The notes under the pieces: generated by a model
What the model was told of the DNA's origin: nothing
Database searches by the model: none
Seen by the model: the letters and a program-made list of their open reading frames with translations, nothing else
Shown: positions 1 to 11,835 of the stretch, one piece after another
Layout: each line of letters opens with the position of its first letter
How positions within the stretch are numbered: the stretch's first letter is position 1
Translations under genes and position numbers: made by a program
DNA from: Balanoglossus misakiensis
Taxonomy: Eukaryota; Animalia; Hemichordata
Direction of reading: 5' to 3'
Assembly: GCA_040954595.2 (NCBI GenBank)
Contig: CM082590.2
Location: 2,046,001-2,110,000 of the forward strand
DNA length: 64,000 nucleotides

Positions 1-1123
1 ATGATTTTCTCCAAAAAATGAAGAAATTTTGAACTTTCGCAATGTGAAAAAATTATCATTTTAGGATGATTTTCATGAGCTATAACCCATGATTTTTTTT
101 TCAAAAAAGTGAAGAAATTTAGAACTTTCGCAAAGTCGAAAAATTGTAATTTTTTGATGGTTTTCATTAACTGTAACCCATATTTTTTTTCAAGAAAACG
201 AAGAAATTTTGAACTTTCGCACTGCGGAAAAATTGTCATTTTTGGATGATTTTCATGAGCTATAACCCATGGTTTTTTTTAAAAAAGTGAAGAAATTTAG
301 AAATTTCGCAAAGTCGAAAAATTGTCATTTTTGGATGATGTTCATAGGTATAACCCATGATTTTTTTCTTCAAAAATGTGAGGAAATTTTGAACTTTCGC
401 AAATTCGAAATATTTTGATTTTTGGATGATTTTCGAGAGCTAAAACCCATGATTTTTTTTCCAAAAATGTGAAGAGATGTTGATTTTTCGCAAAGTCGAA
501 ATATTGTCATTTTTTTTGACGATTTTCATGACCTATAATTTTTTTTCAAGAAAGTGAAGAAATTTTGAACTTTCGCAAAGCCAAAAAATAGTCATTTTTG
601 CACGATTTTCAGGACCTATGACCCATGATTTTCTTCACAAAAATAAAGAAGTCGACATTTTTTTATTTTTAGGTGATTTTTATGACCCATGATTTTTTTC
701 AATAAAGTGAAGAAATTTAGAAATTTCGCAAAGTCGAAAAATTGTAATTTTTTGTTGGTTTTCATGAGCTGTAACCCATGATTTTTTTTCAAGAAAACGA
801 AGAAATTTTGAACTTTCGCAAAGTCGAAAAATTGTTATTTTTGGATGATTTTCGAGAGCTAAAACCCATGATTTTTTTTCCAAAAATGTGAAGAGATGTT
901 GAACTTTCGCAAAGTCGAAATATTCTCATTTTGGACGATTTTCATGAGCTATAACCCATGATTTTTTTCAAAAAAGTGAAGAAATTTAGAAATTTCGCAA
1001 AGTCGAAAAATTGTTATTTTTGGGTGATTTTTATGACCCATGATTTTTTCAAAAAATGAAAACATTTTGAACTTTCGCAAAGACGAAAAATTTTCATTTT
1101 TGGATGTTTTCATGAGCTATAAC

Positions 1124-2295
1124 CAGTTCGTGTTCAGTCTAAAATAAGACATCGTTTCTGCGCATTCGCAATGCAATGCAATGCTACTGCGCAAGTGCAG
1201 AACAGGCCTGGACATGAAATTTGGTCAGGTCATAAAAGGTCAAAGGGAGTTCCTCGTACCATGTTCGTAAATTCCCATGTTCGTACACATCAAAAACTGG
1301 CCACGCTCCTCATCATTGTGTCGATTGTTTCTGTTCTCGGTCTGTCGGAATGGATCGAACATCAACTGTATTATTTCTATTTATCAGTTTGACCTCCTAA
1401 ATTTAGTTTACGTGTTGGACATTAGCAAAAACTAATGTTTTAGCAAAAATTAGCATTAGCAAAAACGTATAGATTTTAAGTAAGTACGCGGCATGCAATG
1501 GCATTGGCATGTCACTTGGCGCGTACTTGTGTTGACCGTTGAACAGACCAAGCAATCGAACCATTTCCGTATTTCGATAGCATTCTAACTCGTGTTAAAA
1601 GTCATTCGCATTATATATAACCAGATAAACGATTTCGTCAGTTTGAGACACATTTTAGCGTATAGTTCGTTGTTCCTTCGCTTTTGCTAAAGTTGGTCGT
1701 GTGTTTGTCTCACCAGCCAGATAAGAGTGTGATTGATAGCGTACCATATGAACCTAACGTCAAATAAGCTGAACTACACATACGAGGTTCATTACTGACA
1801 TGCATGTCACGATCAACAAGAGTAAGGAATTTTAAAAAGTTTTCCCCATTTTTCCCCAATGACCAGTTACCACGTGTCATACATCAATGGAAAGATTACT
1901 TTCTTGTTCGTCAGAAAATTGAAAAAAAAACGCTGATTGAATGAGTACAATTATACAAAAGAAGCACCAAGAAAACGTGGTATTACTTGTTGGTCAGGCA
2001 GCAAAATATGCTGACATCAGCGTCCACAACAACCAAAAATTCGATCGATCGTAGCTGGCAAAGTTTTGAATTTATCTCGCTCAAACTCCGCCATTGTGTC
2101 CACTGACCTCTCCAGATGATGTTACATCCGAAAATAGTCGAATGAACGGCATATGGGCTTTAAATGAGGACCGAAAACAGCCAAACATAACTCTGCGTAC
2201 AAACTTCCGCATTAGCTAATTAATATTAATATGTACTATTGCGCATGCGCTTTCCGCAAAGAAACGATGTCTTATTTTAGACTGAACACGAACTG
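1124..2295. mobile_element. Non-autonomous DNA transposon (MITE-like), 36-bp perfect TIRs, 5-bp TSD; hAT5-like by termini
   Basis: CAGTTCGTGTTCAGTCTAAAATAAGACATCGTTTCT at 1124-1159 and its exact reverse complement ending at 2295. ATAAC is duplicated at 1119-1123 and 2296-2300. No transposase inside. The superfamily is inferred from CAG termini plus the 5-bp TSD. Confidence 0.93.
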
Positions 2296-4066
2296 ATAAC
2301 CGATGATTTTTTTTCAAAAAAGTGAAGAAATTTAGAAATTTTGCAAAGTCGAAAAACTGTCATTTTTGGATGATGTTCATGAGCTATAACCCATGATTTT
2401 TTCAAAAAATGAAAAAATTTTGAAATTTCGCAAAGTCGAATTTTTTTTTATTTTTAGGTGATTTTTATGACCTATGATTTTTTCAAAAAATGAAGAGATT
2501 TTGAACTTTCGCAATGTGGAAAAATTATCATTTTAGGATGATTTTCACGAGCTATAACCCATGATTTTTTTTTCAAAAACGTGAAGAAATTTAGAAATTT
2601 CGCAAAGTCGAAAAATTGTAATTTTTTGATTGTTTTCATGAGCTATAACCCATGATTTTTTTTAAAAAATGAAAACATTTTGAAATTTCGCAAAGTCGAA
2701 TTTTTTTTATTTTTAGGTGATTTTTATGACCTATGATTTTTTCAAAAAATGAAGAGATTTTGAACTTTCGCAATGTGGAAAAATTATCATTTTAGGATGA
2801 TTTTCACGAGCTATAACCCATGATTTTTTTTTCAAAAAAGTGAAGAAATTTAGAAATTTCGCAAAGTCGAAAAATTGTCATTTTTGGATGATGTTCATAG
2901 GTATAACCCATGATTTTTTTCTTCAAAAATGTGAAGAAATTTTGAACTTTCGCAAATTCGATTTTTTTTTTATTTTTGGATGATTTTCGAGAGCTAAAAC
3001 CCATGATTTTTTTCCAAAAATGTGAAGAGATGTTGAACTTTCGCAAAGTCGAAATATTGTCATATTGGACGATTTTCATGACCCATGATTTTTTTTCAAA
3101 AAAGTGAAGAAATTTTGAACTTTCGCAAAGTCTAAAAATAGTCATTTTTGGACGATTTTCAGGACCTATAACCCGTTATTTTCTTCAAAAAATGAAGAAA
3201 TTTTGAAATTTCGCAAAGTCGAAAAATTGTAATTTTTGGATGATTTTCATGAGCTATAACCCATGATTTTTTTCTTTTGAACTTTATCAAGGTAACCCAT
3301 GATTTTTTTCAAAAAATGAAAAAATTTTGAAATTTCGCAAAGTCGAATTTTTTTTATTTTTAGGTGATTTTTATGACCTATGATTTTTTCAAAAAATGAA
3401 GAGATTTTGAACTTTCGCAATGTGGAAAAATTATCATTTTAGGATGATTTTCACGAGCTATAACCCATGATTTTTTTTTCAAAAAAGTGAAGAAATTTAG
3501 AAATTTCGCAAAGTCGAAAAATGTTAATTTTTTGATGGTTTTCATTAGCTGTAACTCATGATTTTTTTCAAGAAAACGAAGAAATGTTGAACTTTCGCAA
3601 AGTCGAAAATTTTTTATTTTTGGATGATTTTCGAGAGCTAAAACCCATGATTTTTTTCCAAAAATGTGAAGAGATGTTGAACTTTCGCAAAGTCGAAATA
3701 TTGTCATTTTTTTGGACGATTTTCATGACCCATAATTTTTTTTCAAAAAAGTGAAGAAATTTTAAACTTTCGCAAAGTCTAAAAATAGTCATTTTTGCAC
3801 GATTTTCAGGACCTATAACCGATGATTTTCTTCAAAAAAATGAAGAAATTTTGAAATTTCGCAAAGTCGAAAAATTTTATTTTAAGGTAATTTTTATGAC
3901 CCATAATTTTTTCAAAAAATGAAGAAATTTTGAACTTTCGGAATGTGGAAAGATTGTCATTTTTGGATGTTTTTCATGAGCTATAACCCATGATTTTTTT
4001 CAAAAAAGTGAAGAAATTTTGAACTTTGGCAAAGACGAAAAATTGTCATTTTTGGATGATTTTCAT

Positions 4067-5808
4067 CAATCAATCAATCAGAGAAATGTGTATAGCGCCA
4101 GTATAACAAGTGTCTTGCTCATTGGCCCACACCATATGCTCTTGCGAAATAATGCGTCTTCAGTCTTTTCTTAAAGATACTCAAACTTGGAGCTTGACGA
4201 ATGTCTTGTGGCAGAGAGTTCCACAGTTTCGGTGCAGCATGTGAGAATGCTCGGCCACCGTATGAAGAACGTTTGTACATTGTAGTGCATAAAAGGCTCT
4301 TATTAGCTGAATGAAGCCTGCGACCAGGAGAATATGTCCGAATGAGATCGAGGATATAGCTCGGAGCGAGATTATTTAAGGCTTTGTATGTGAGCAGATT
4401 AATGTTATACTCTATCCTGTGGCGAACTGGTAACCAATGAAGAAGTTGAAGAACTGGCGTTATATGGGCAGACTTCCTGGACCGAGTTATGATTCTTGCA
4501 GCTTTATTTTGTGTGCGTTGTAGAAGGTTCAGACTGCTTTCTGGTAGACCATACAGTAATGCATTACCAAAGTCGAGTTTTGCTGCCAAAATAGCATGAA
4601 TCACTGTTTGACATGTTGCTTTGTTAAGAAATTTCCTGATTTGTCCGACACGGCGAAAGTGGTAATATATAGATTGACAAGTTGTCTTGATGTGATCTTT
4701 ATACATGTGCGTATTGTCAAATATTACACCAATATTGCGAGCTGATTTAACGACGGGAACAGAGCTTGAACCAATGGTAATCTTGTCAATAGCATCAGCA
4801 GAGTGATGAAATTGTGAACGAATAAGTAGAATCTCAGTTTTGGAGTCGTTGAGTTGAAGCTTGTTTTGGGTCATCCAGTCCTTAAGATCACGGATACAGG
4901 CTTCAATGGATGCTATAGCGGAAGATGAATCGGTGTGAGAGAAGGCAAGGGAAATCTGATTGTCATCTGCATATTGATGGAATTGTAGGTTGTGCTGACG
5001 AATAAGCTTTCCCAACGGAGAAATATAGATTGTGAACAAAATGGGGCCAAGAACTGAACCCTGTGGCACTCCAAAACGAACATGTGATGGTTGACTGGTG
5101 ATCTTGTCTATTATTATGGATTGGTCTCGATGTTTGAGGTAGGATGCAAACCACTCGAGTGCCATATCAGTAATGCCAAGACTGGATAGCCTTCTTAACA
5201 GTAGATCGTGGTCGATGGTGTCGAAGGCAGCCGATAAATCCAAGAGAATAAGGAGTACACATTTTCCAGAATCGATGGCTAAGCAGATGTCATTGTGAAC
5301 TTTTAGTAGAGCTGTTTCGGTGCTATGATACTTCCTGTATGCAGACTGCAATGGTTCCATTAGTGAATTCGTGGTGAGATATGTATTGAGTTGAACGGCA
5401 ACGATCTTCTCGAGGACCTTTGAGAGAAATGCCAGGTTAGAAACTGGTCGATAGTTTTTAAGTATGTTATTATCAAGGATGGTCTTTTTGATTAGTGGTG
5501 TAACAAATGCATGCTTGAAGGATTGTTGAAAGTCACCTGATTGTAGAGAAAGATTTATTGTATTGGTCATGAATGGTAGCAGCACATCCACGCTCTCTTT
5601 AAGTAGTGAAGTTGGAATCGGGTCAAGACAGCAGGATTTCGTTGGAGACTTTGTGATGATGTGAAGTACTTGTTGACTATCAACTGGCTGAAAAGTATTC
5701 AGAGTAGCACCGCTGTACGCTTCTAAGTCGTTGAATTTGGTGGATATTTTGCTATTGTCCAAGGTGATACGAATGTCATCAATTTTCTGAATAAAATACT
5801 GGCTGAGC
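4067..5808 (-). mobile_element. 5'-truncated non-LTR retrotransposon (L2/CR1 group)
   Basis: RT ORF, short 3' UTR with GCGCTATA and a (TGAT)n tail (CAATCAATCAATCA at 4067-4080 on +). TTTTCAT is duplicated at 4060-4066 and 5809-5815 in the host satellite. Confidence 0.93.
4119..5808 (-). CDS. LINE ORF2 reverse transcriptase and C-terminal region (endonuclease lost by 5' truncation; no native start)
   Basis: Uninterrupted frame with NYRPVSNL, QSAYRKYHSTETALL, LDLSAAFDTIDH, GVPQGSVLGPILF, YADD, LNDSKTE and LHWLPVRHRI motifs. The first ~16 aa of the listed ORF are satellite read-through. Confidence 0.92.
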
Positions 5809-6095
5809 TTTTCATGAGCTATAACCCATGATTTTTTTCTTTTGAAATTTCGCAAAGTAACCCATGATTTTTTTTAAAAAATGAAGAAATTTTGAACTTT
5901 CGCAAAGTCGAAAAATTGTAATTTTTTGATGGTTTTCATGCGCTGTAACCCATGATTTTTTTCAGGAATACGAAGAAATTTTGAACTTTCGCAATATGGA
6001 AAAATTGTCATTTTTGGATGAATTTCATGAGCTATAACCCATGATTTTTTTCAAAAAAGTAAAGAAATTTAGAAATTTCGAAAAGTCGAAAAATA

Positions 6096-6185
6096 GCGTC
6101 AAGGACACAGTGGTCCCAGTGTACGAAATACCCGAGCATCCCGTGGCGTCCGACGGGCCGATTCGACGGCCGGGCAAACGCCACA
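6096..6185 (+). repeat. 5' LTR remnant (U5 end only)
   Basis: CAGTGTACGAAATACCCGAGCATCCCGTGGCGTCCGACGGG...CAAACGCCACA matches 13866-13934 with 4 substitutions and ends in CA just before the PBS. Confidence 0.88.
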
Positions 6186-6186
6186 T

Positions 6187-6204
6187 TGGTGGCAGCAGTG
6201 GGAT
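6187..6204 (+). promoter_or_regulatory. Primer-binding site, complementary to the 3' end of tRNA-Leu (AAG/TAG type)
   Basis: TGGTGGCAGCAGTGGGAT lies one base after the LTR-terminal CA. Its reverse complement ATCCCACTGCTGCCACCA resembles animal tRNA-Leu 3' ends plus CCA (from memory). Confidence 0.85.
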
Positions 6205-6261
6205 ATCTTGTGAGAAAGAAGCGGACTTATTTCCTATTGAAACACACAGCCAGATTTTATT

Positions 6262-7881
6262 ATGGCTTCCAACGAAACGGTAGTATTTGCCGTGAGTCCA
6301 GACAATGATGAAGACGATGTGTTTGAGGACACTATGGACGAGATTCAGTTTAAAGACATGGAAAAGAAGATTGCAAGCAGAGAAACTATACACGGTGAGA
6401 CTCAAACGTCAAGCAGATATTTTACAGACTTTGAAGGTCATGTGACGTCACAGAGAGAAGACGGCCGACCTGAACCAACAGAGACAAAAGGACAGAATAA
6501 AGTAGACAGTGTGAGACCGAAGAGATTGGACATGCGGACTGAGGTGATGCGTAGAGAACCACAGAAGAACGGTGTGTCCAACGATAATGACAATCAGAAC
6601 AAATAAACTTCCACGATTGACCGAGCTCGCATCGACAGGAGAGAATCACCCCTGGCCGAAGCAAGACACACATCTCAAAACGCCAAGTTCAGTCTTGGCA
6701 GGGGGCTGACGGCCCAAAACAACAACGTTGACCCGGCAGTGAACTCTCTGGCAGAACTATTTTCAGGGCCGATACATCAATCGACCCCACCGACGATTCA
6801 CGTCACCCCTGAAAACCAATACATCAGGAGAGGGCGTTCAGCCGAAAATGACCATTACCAAGGGGAAGTGGCGTACGACACTTATCACTGCGGCAGTAGA
6901 GCCCAACGTACCGAGAGACCTCCTTCCAGCGATGGTAGTCGTTATCCCCGAAATATTGACGACATACCAAAGCCAGCTCTAAAGAGAGAACGGCGCCTTA
7001 TTGGGAGAGAACAATTCCAAGAGAGGGGTATACCGACTCCACCCCGACCAGTGATAACACCCGATCGCTTCGATGGAAAAGTATCCTGGCGTGACTACTA
7101 CCGACATTTTGTGTCATGTGCTAGGATCGATAACTGGACAGATGAGCAGAAGGGTTATTTCCTTGCTGCTTCTCTTCGGGGATCTGCTCAGAAATTATTG
7201 AGCCGAATTGATGTAGACCAGATGGACTATCGTTCTTTGGTTGGTCTCCTGGAGAAACGCTATGGAACTACAGGACAGTCTGAACGGTATCTAGTCCAAC
7301 TGAAATGCCGTAAACGCAAAAAGGACGAGACAATTGCCGAACTTGGACAATCTATTTTAGAGCTAACGGAACTGGCCTACCCAGAGGTAGACACAACTGC
7401 AATTGACAAGTTGGCTCGTTAATATTTTATTGACAAAATACCCGATTCTGAGATCAGAAAAGATCTGTTCAGGGAGAGACCGCGAAGTTTGGACCAAGCT
7501 ATTCAACTGGCGGTACAGTGCGAGTCTTTCCTTCAGGCAGAAGCAGACAGGAGTGGGAAAAAACCACACTTTTCCAGACGAATTGAAGATGACTCAATCG
7601 ATACGGACCCACCACCAGTAGAACACGGTCCGAAACCTGACGACAGTCCGACTCTGAAAGAAATTTGGACAGTTGTGCAGGCGATTAAAGACAAACAAGA
7701 CAAGGATGATCAGGCAAGGGCCAGGAGAGGACCAGTCACCTGTTAAGGATGTGTAAAGGAAGACCACATTCGCCGCCATTGTCCGGCCAATCCTCAGGGA
7801 AACGACAGCCGACCAGATGGAAGGGCCGACATTTGGTCGAACAACCCCAACGACCGGTCCAGCCAACAACCCAACCAGTAA
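6262..7881 (+). pseudogene. gag: Gypsy gag with in-frame stops
   Basis: ORFs at 6262, 6739 and 7489 share one frame, broken by TAA at 6604, 7420 and 7744. Capsid-like PDRFDGKVSWRDYYRHF...NW...LAASLRGSA. CCHC knuckle C*GCVKEDHIRRHC at 7741-7782. Natural stop TAA at 7879-7881. Confidence 0.88.
7797..7860 (+). promoter_or_regulatory. gag-pol -1 ribosomal frameshift signal (G GGA AAC plus predicted H-type pseudoknot)
   Basis: Heptamer at 7797-7803 is in gag phase and pol is in the -1 frame. After a 6-nt spacer, stem CGACCAGATG (7810-7819) pairs with CATTTGGTCG (7830-7839), and loop GGGCCG can pair with CGGTCC (7855-7860). Confidence 0.8.
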
Positions 7882-10800
7882 ACAATCCACATGTGACAGT
7901 ACGCGATGGAAATGATGAAGAACTGACAATCAATTCCTGTCGATGCATGAGACCTGTGTTTTATGTCCTGACAGAAATATCAAAGAAAACGGTATACGCG
8001 TTTATTGACACTGGATCAGAATTAACACTGATCTCACCGAAGATATATCAGGGCATGGACAAGAACTGCTGTCCACCATTGTCGCCGTCTCGTGTGCAAG
8101 CCTACCAAGCCGATGGTGTGACAACACTTTCCGTCCATGGTGAGGCCAATTTCTCGATTACGGTTGGCCCCAATACTACAATCGTACGAGCTGTAGTCGC
8201 TGACATTTCCGAAGATGTACTATTGGGCAATGACGATATACTGACGGCGCCCGCACAGATACGCACCCATTCTCTGAAACTTGGTTTCTACGAGGGCGAG
8301 GTGCCACTATTGGACAAATACGGTGGCCACCTGTGCTCACGAGTTGTCATGGGACAAACCACCACCATTCCAGCTGGGCACGGAATGGTAATACGTACAG
8401 GCTATCTTACCCGACAGATTACATCTGAAGCATGGGAGATAGTCGAACCGCTGAATAACAGTCCACTCACCAGAGAAGGTGTGATCGTTGGACGAGTCGT
8501 GACAAAGACACATACCCGTACAGTTCCCATCAGAGTCCTGAACATTGGCGAGAGTGCTTACACGATACAAAAAGGCACCACCAAGGAATAGCCAGTGCAG
8601 TCGATCTGAGAGAACCACCGGATGAAAAAGACAAAGTCAGAAGTGTGAATACAGGAGCACAGGAACGTACCGTTCCAGCACACTTGCAGAAACTATATGA
8701 TGACAGTATTGCGGAAGTTGGCCATGAACATAGCCAGGCAGTTGCAAACTTCCTTGATCGATGGAGTGATGTCTTCTCCAGAGAGAAAACTGATGTGGGC
8801 CGAACCGATGTGACAAAACACCATATCACGACTGGAGAACATCCACTCATTAGGCAACAACCAAGGAGGCAGTCTCTATGGTCACGAACCGAAACAAAGA
8901 AACTTGTAGACGAGATGTTGACAAAAGATGTGATAGAGCCATCCAACAGCCCATGGGCCGCACCTATAGTCCTAGTAAAAAAAAGACGGCAGCACACGCT
9001 TTTGTGTGGACTACAGGCGATTGAATGATATCACTATCAAAGACGCCTATGCGATACCCCGCATAGAAGACAGCTTATATGCTTTGACTGGAGCCAAATG
9101 GTTTAGTACATTAGATTTGACTAGCGGCTATTGGCAAGTCGAGCTAGACGACGACGCCAAGAAAAAGTCAGCATTCACGACATGGACTGGGTTATACCAA
9201 TGGAAAGTTATGCCATTCGGGCTATGTAATGCGCCCGCCACTTTCCAACGTCTGATGGAAAACGTACTTTCTGGACTACAGTGGGAGATACTCCTCCTTT
9301 ATTTGGATGACGTCATCGTGTACGCTAACTCAGTAGAACGGATGTTAAGTCGTCTAGATGATGTATTTTCCCGACTTCAACGGGCTGGATTGAAACTCAA
9401 ACCAAGCAAGTGCAGCCTGTTTCAGCGATCCATAGAGTACCTCGGACACTGCGTGTCAGAAACTGGTGTCGAAACTTCCCCCGACAAAATCAAAGCAGTA
9501 CGGGACTGGCCGACGCCCACAAACGTTCACGATGTACGAGGATTTCTAGGATTGGCTTCATACTATCGCCGCCTTGTGCCGAACTTTTCTGCCGTGGCGA
9601 GACCAATGACAAAACTGACCGAAAAGGGGGGACCTTTTAAATGGGACGATGAGTGTGACCAATCGTTCGCTACTTTGAAGCAGTGTTTGATCGACGCACC
9701 GGTTTTAGCTTACCCTATTCCGGGCATTCCCCTAATATTGGACACAGATGCGAGTAACCACGCCATTGGTGCCGTGTTATCGCAAGTTCAAGGTGACACT
9801 GAGAGGGTGATTTGCTATGCTAGCCGTACTCTGACAAAACCTGAGCGCAACTATTGTGTTACGCGTAGAGAACTTTTGGCAGTGGTTCACTTTGTCAAAC
9901 AATTCCGGCATTATTTATATGGCCAACACTTCACCCTTAGAACTGATCATAGCTCTTTGCGGTGGCTGCTCCACTTTAAAGAGCCGGAAGGACAGCTTGC
10001 GAGATGGCTACAAATTCTCTCCGAATATGACTTTACCGTAACTCACCGTCCAGGGAAGAAACACCTGAACGCCGACAGTTTGTCCCGGAAACCATGCAAA
10101 CAGTATGGGCGTATCCATAGTAACGACGCATCAGAGTATCAGACGGTAAAAATCCCGAACACAGACTGTGAATACAATACTGAGACACTCGCTGACACTA
10201 CCTGTGATACGGACGTGATTTCCACTGAGAAATCTACAGGTATCAGTACTCCAACTATCGCTACAGTGAAGACCGGGGCCGTGCAACTCCAGCTACAGTG
10301 GTCAAACGAGAAACTGAGAGAACTACGATTGTCTGCCCACGATGTCGGACCTATACTGAAACATTGTGAGACTTCGAACCAACCCCCTGTGTGGAAAGAG
10401 ATTTCGCACCTATCTACGACAACGAAGCACTATTTCGCACAGTTGGCTCAGCTTGAAGTATTGAACGCTGGGAAAATGATGATGGTATAGACCATCATTA
10501 CCAGCTGTTACTGCCTACGACTTTGAAGAAAGACGTATTCATGGAACTCCATGGGGCGAAAACTGCCGCGCATCTTGGAGTGTACAAGACCCGTGAAAAG
10601 ATCAGGCAACGATATTATTGGTATGGCTGTTCATCCGACGTACGGTCTTGGGTACAACAGTGCGACACGTGCGCTGCCAGGAAGAGTCCGACAAAACGCA
10701 GACGCGGACCACTTCAGCAGTACATTGTAGGAGGGCCGATGGAGCGTGTTGCTTTTGATATACTTGGACCGCTCCCAGAAACTGACCGCGGTAAGAAATA

Positions 10801-11835
10801 CGTCTTGGTGATCGGAGACTATTTTACTAAATGGGTTGAGGCCTATGCAAAACCGAACCAGGAAGCGGTAACCGTCGCAGGAAAATTGACCGAAGAATTC
10901 ATCGCTCGATTCGGAGTTCCCCGCCAGTTACATTCAGATCAGGGAAGGAATTTTGAATCGCAACTTATGACTGAAACGTGCCGATTGCTAGGAATTGCGA
11001 AAACGAGGACGACACCATACCACCCGCAGTCGGATAGATTTTATTGAAAAGTTCAACAGAAGTCTGATGCAGATGGTATCAGTTTTGGTAGAACCAGACC
11101 AATCTGATTGGGATTTAGTGCTACCCTACGCCATGATGTCATACCGAAGTTCCAGACAAGAAAGTACCGGCGAGACGCCAAATATGATGATGATGGGACG
11201 GGAAATTGAACTCCCAGTTGACTTGCTATGCGAGCTGATTCCTACAGATGCCAATGACAATTTAGACTATGCGATGGGTCTACGTGACCGCCTACAAACA
11301 GCCCATCACCGAGCCAGAGACAATCTCCAAAAGAGTGCTATTTCGCAGAAACGTGGATATGAAACTGGACGACATGGTAGTGAAATCGTACCAGACCAGT
11401 TTGTGTGGTTGAGAGTAGAAGCATTCCCAAGAGGAAAGTCCAAGAAGTTGACCTCACGACACTGGGTATTTAGTCCTACAGAAATTATCAGACGTGACAT
11501 TCCGAATTCAGAGAAGTCCACAATCGAAACCAAAAGTCGTTCATTACAATCGACTAAAACCCTATAAAGGAACGGAAGCATCAAGTCGGAAACAAGAGAA
11601 ACCAACGAAAACTGAACTTCCGGTGACCCCAGAAGGACCTGACGAGACTATAAAAGATCCAAAGCCAGAAACGGAAAACCAGGGCGATTTTCAAGCCGGG
11701 CGCGATTTGCCTACATCCGCCTACGAGGTTGGAAGCTCCCCTGAAAAGCTAACTTTCGTCCGCTCGCCTCAACGTGCGGACAGACAAACGACAGGACGTT
11801 ACCCAAGGCGTGTAAAGAAACCACCTGACCGCTAA
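7797..11835 (+). pseudogene. pol: Gypsy pol polyprotein (protease, RT, RNase H, integrase) with several frameshifts
   Basis: Protease FIDTGSELTLI; RT SPWAAPIVLV, DYRRLN, MPFGLCNAPATFQR, YLDD; RNase H LDTDAS, RRELLA, TDH, NADSLSR; integrase H-H-C-C zinc motif, FDILGP, HSDQGRNFES, TPYHPQS. Frame changes near 8590, 8980, 10470, 11040 and 11460-11495. Confidence 0.95.

Larger units (their letters stand above)
1..6095. repeat. AT-rich tandem satellite, ~88-91 bp monomer, interrupted by two insertions
   Basis: Recurring unit close to GAGCTATAACCCATGAT(n)CAAAAAAGTGAAGAAATTTTGAACTTTCGCAAAGTCGAAAAATTGTCATTTTTGGATGATTTTCAT; TAACCCAT recurs at 83, 174, 263 and onward. Runs off the left edge of the window. 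Confidence 0.97.

Noticed and set aside
680-3792. Lys/Phe-rich ORFs (680-883, 2804-3145, 3378-3707, 3568-3792)
   Set aside because: Satellite translations.
5809-5855. N-terminus of the 578-aa RT ORF as a real start or satellite-LINE fusion protein
   Set aside because: It lies in satellite beyond the TSD and begins at a non-ATG codon, so it is chance read-through.
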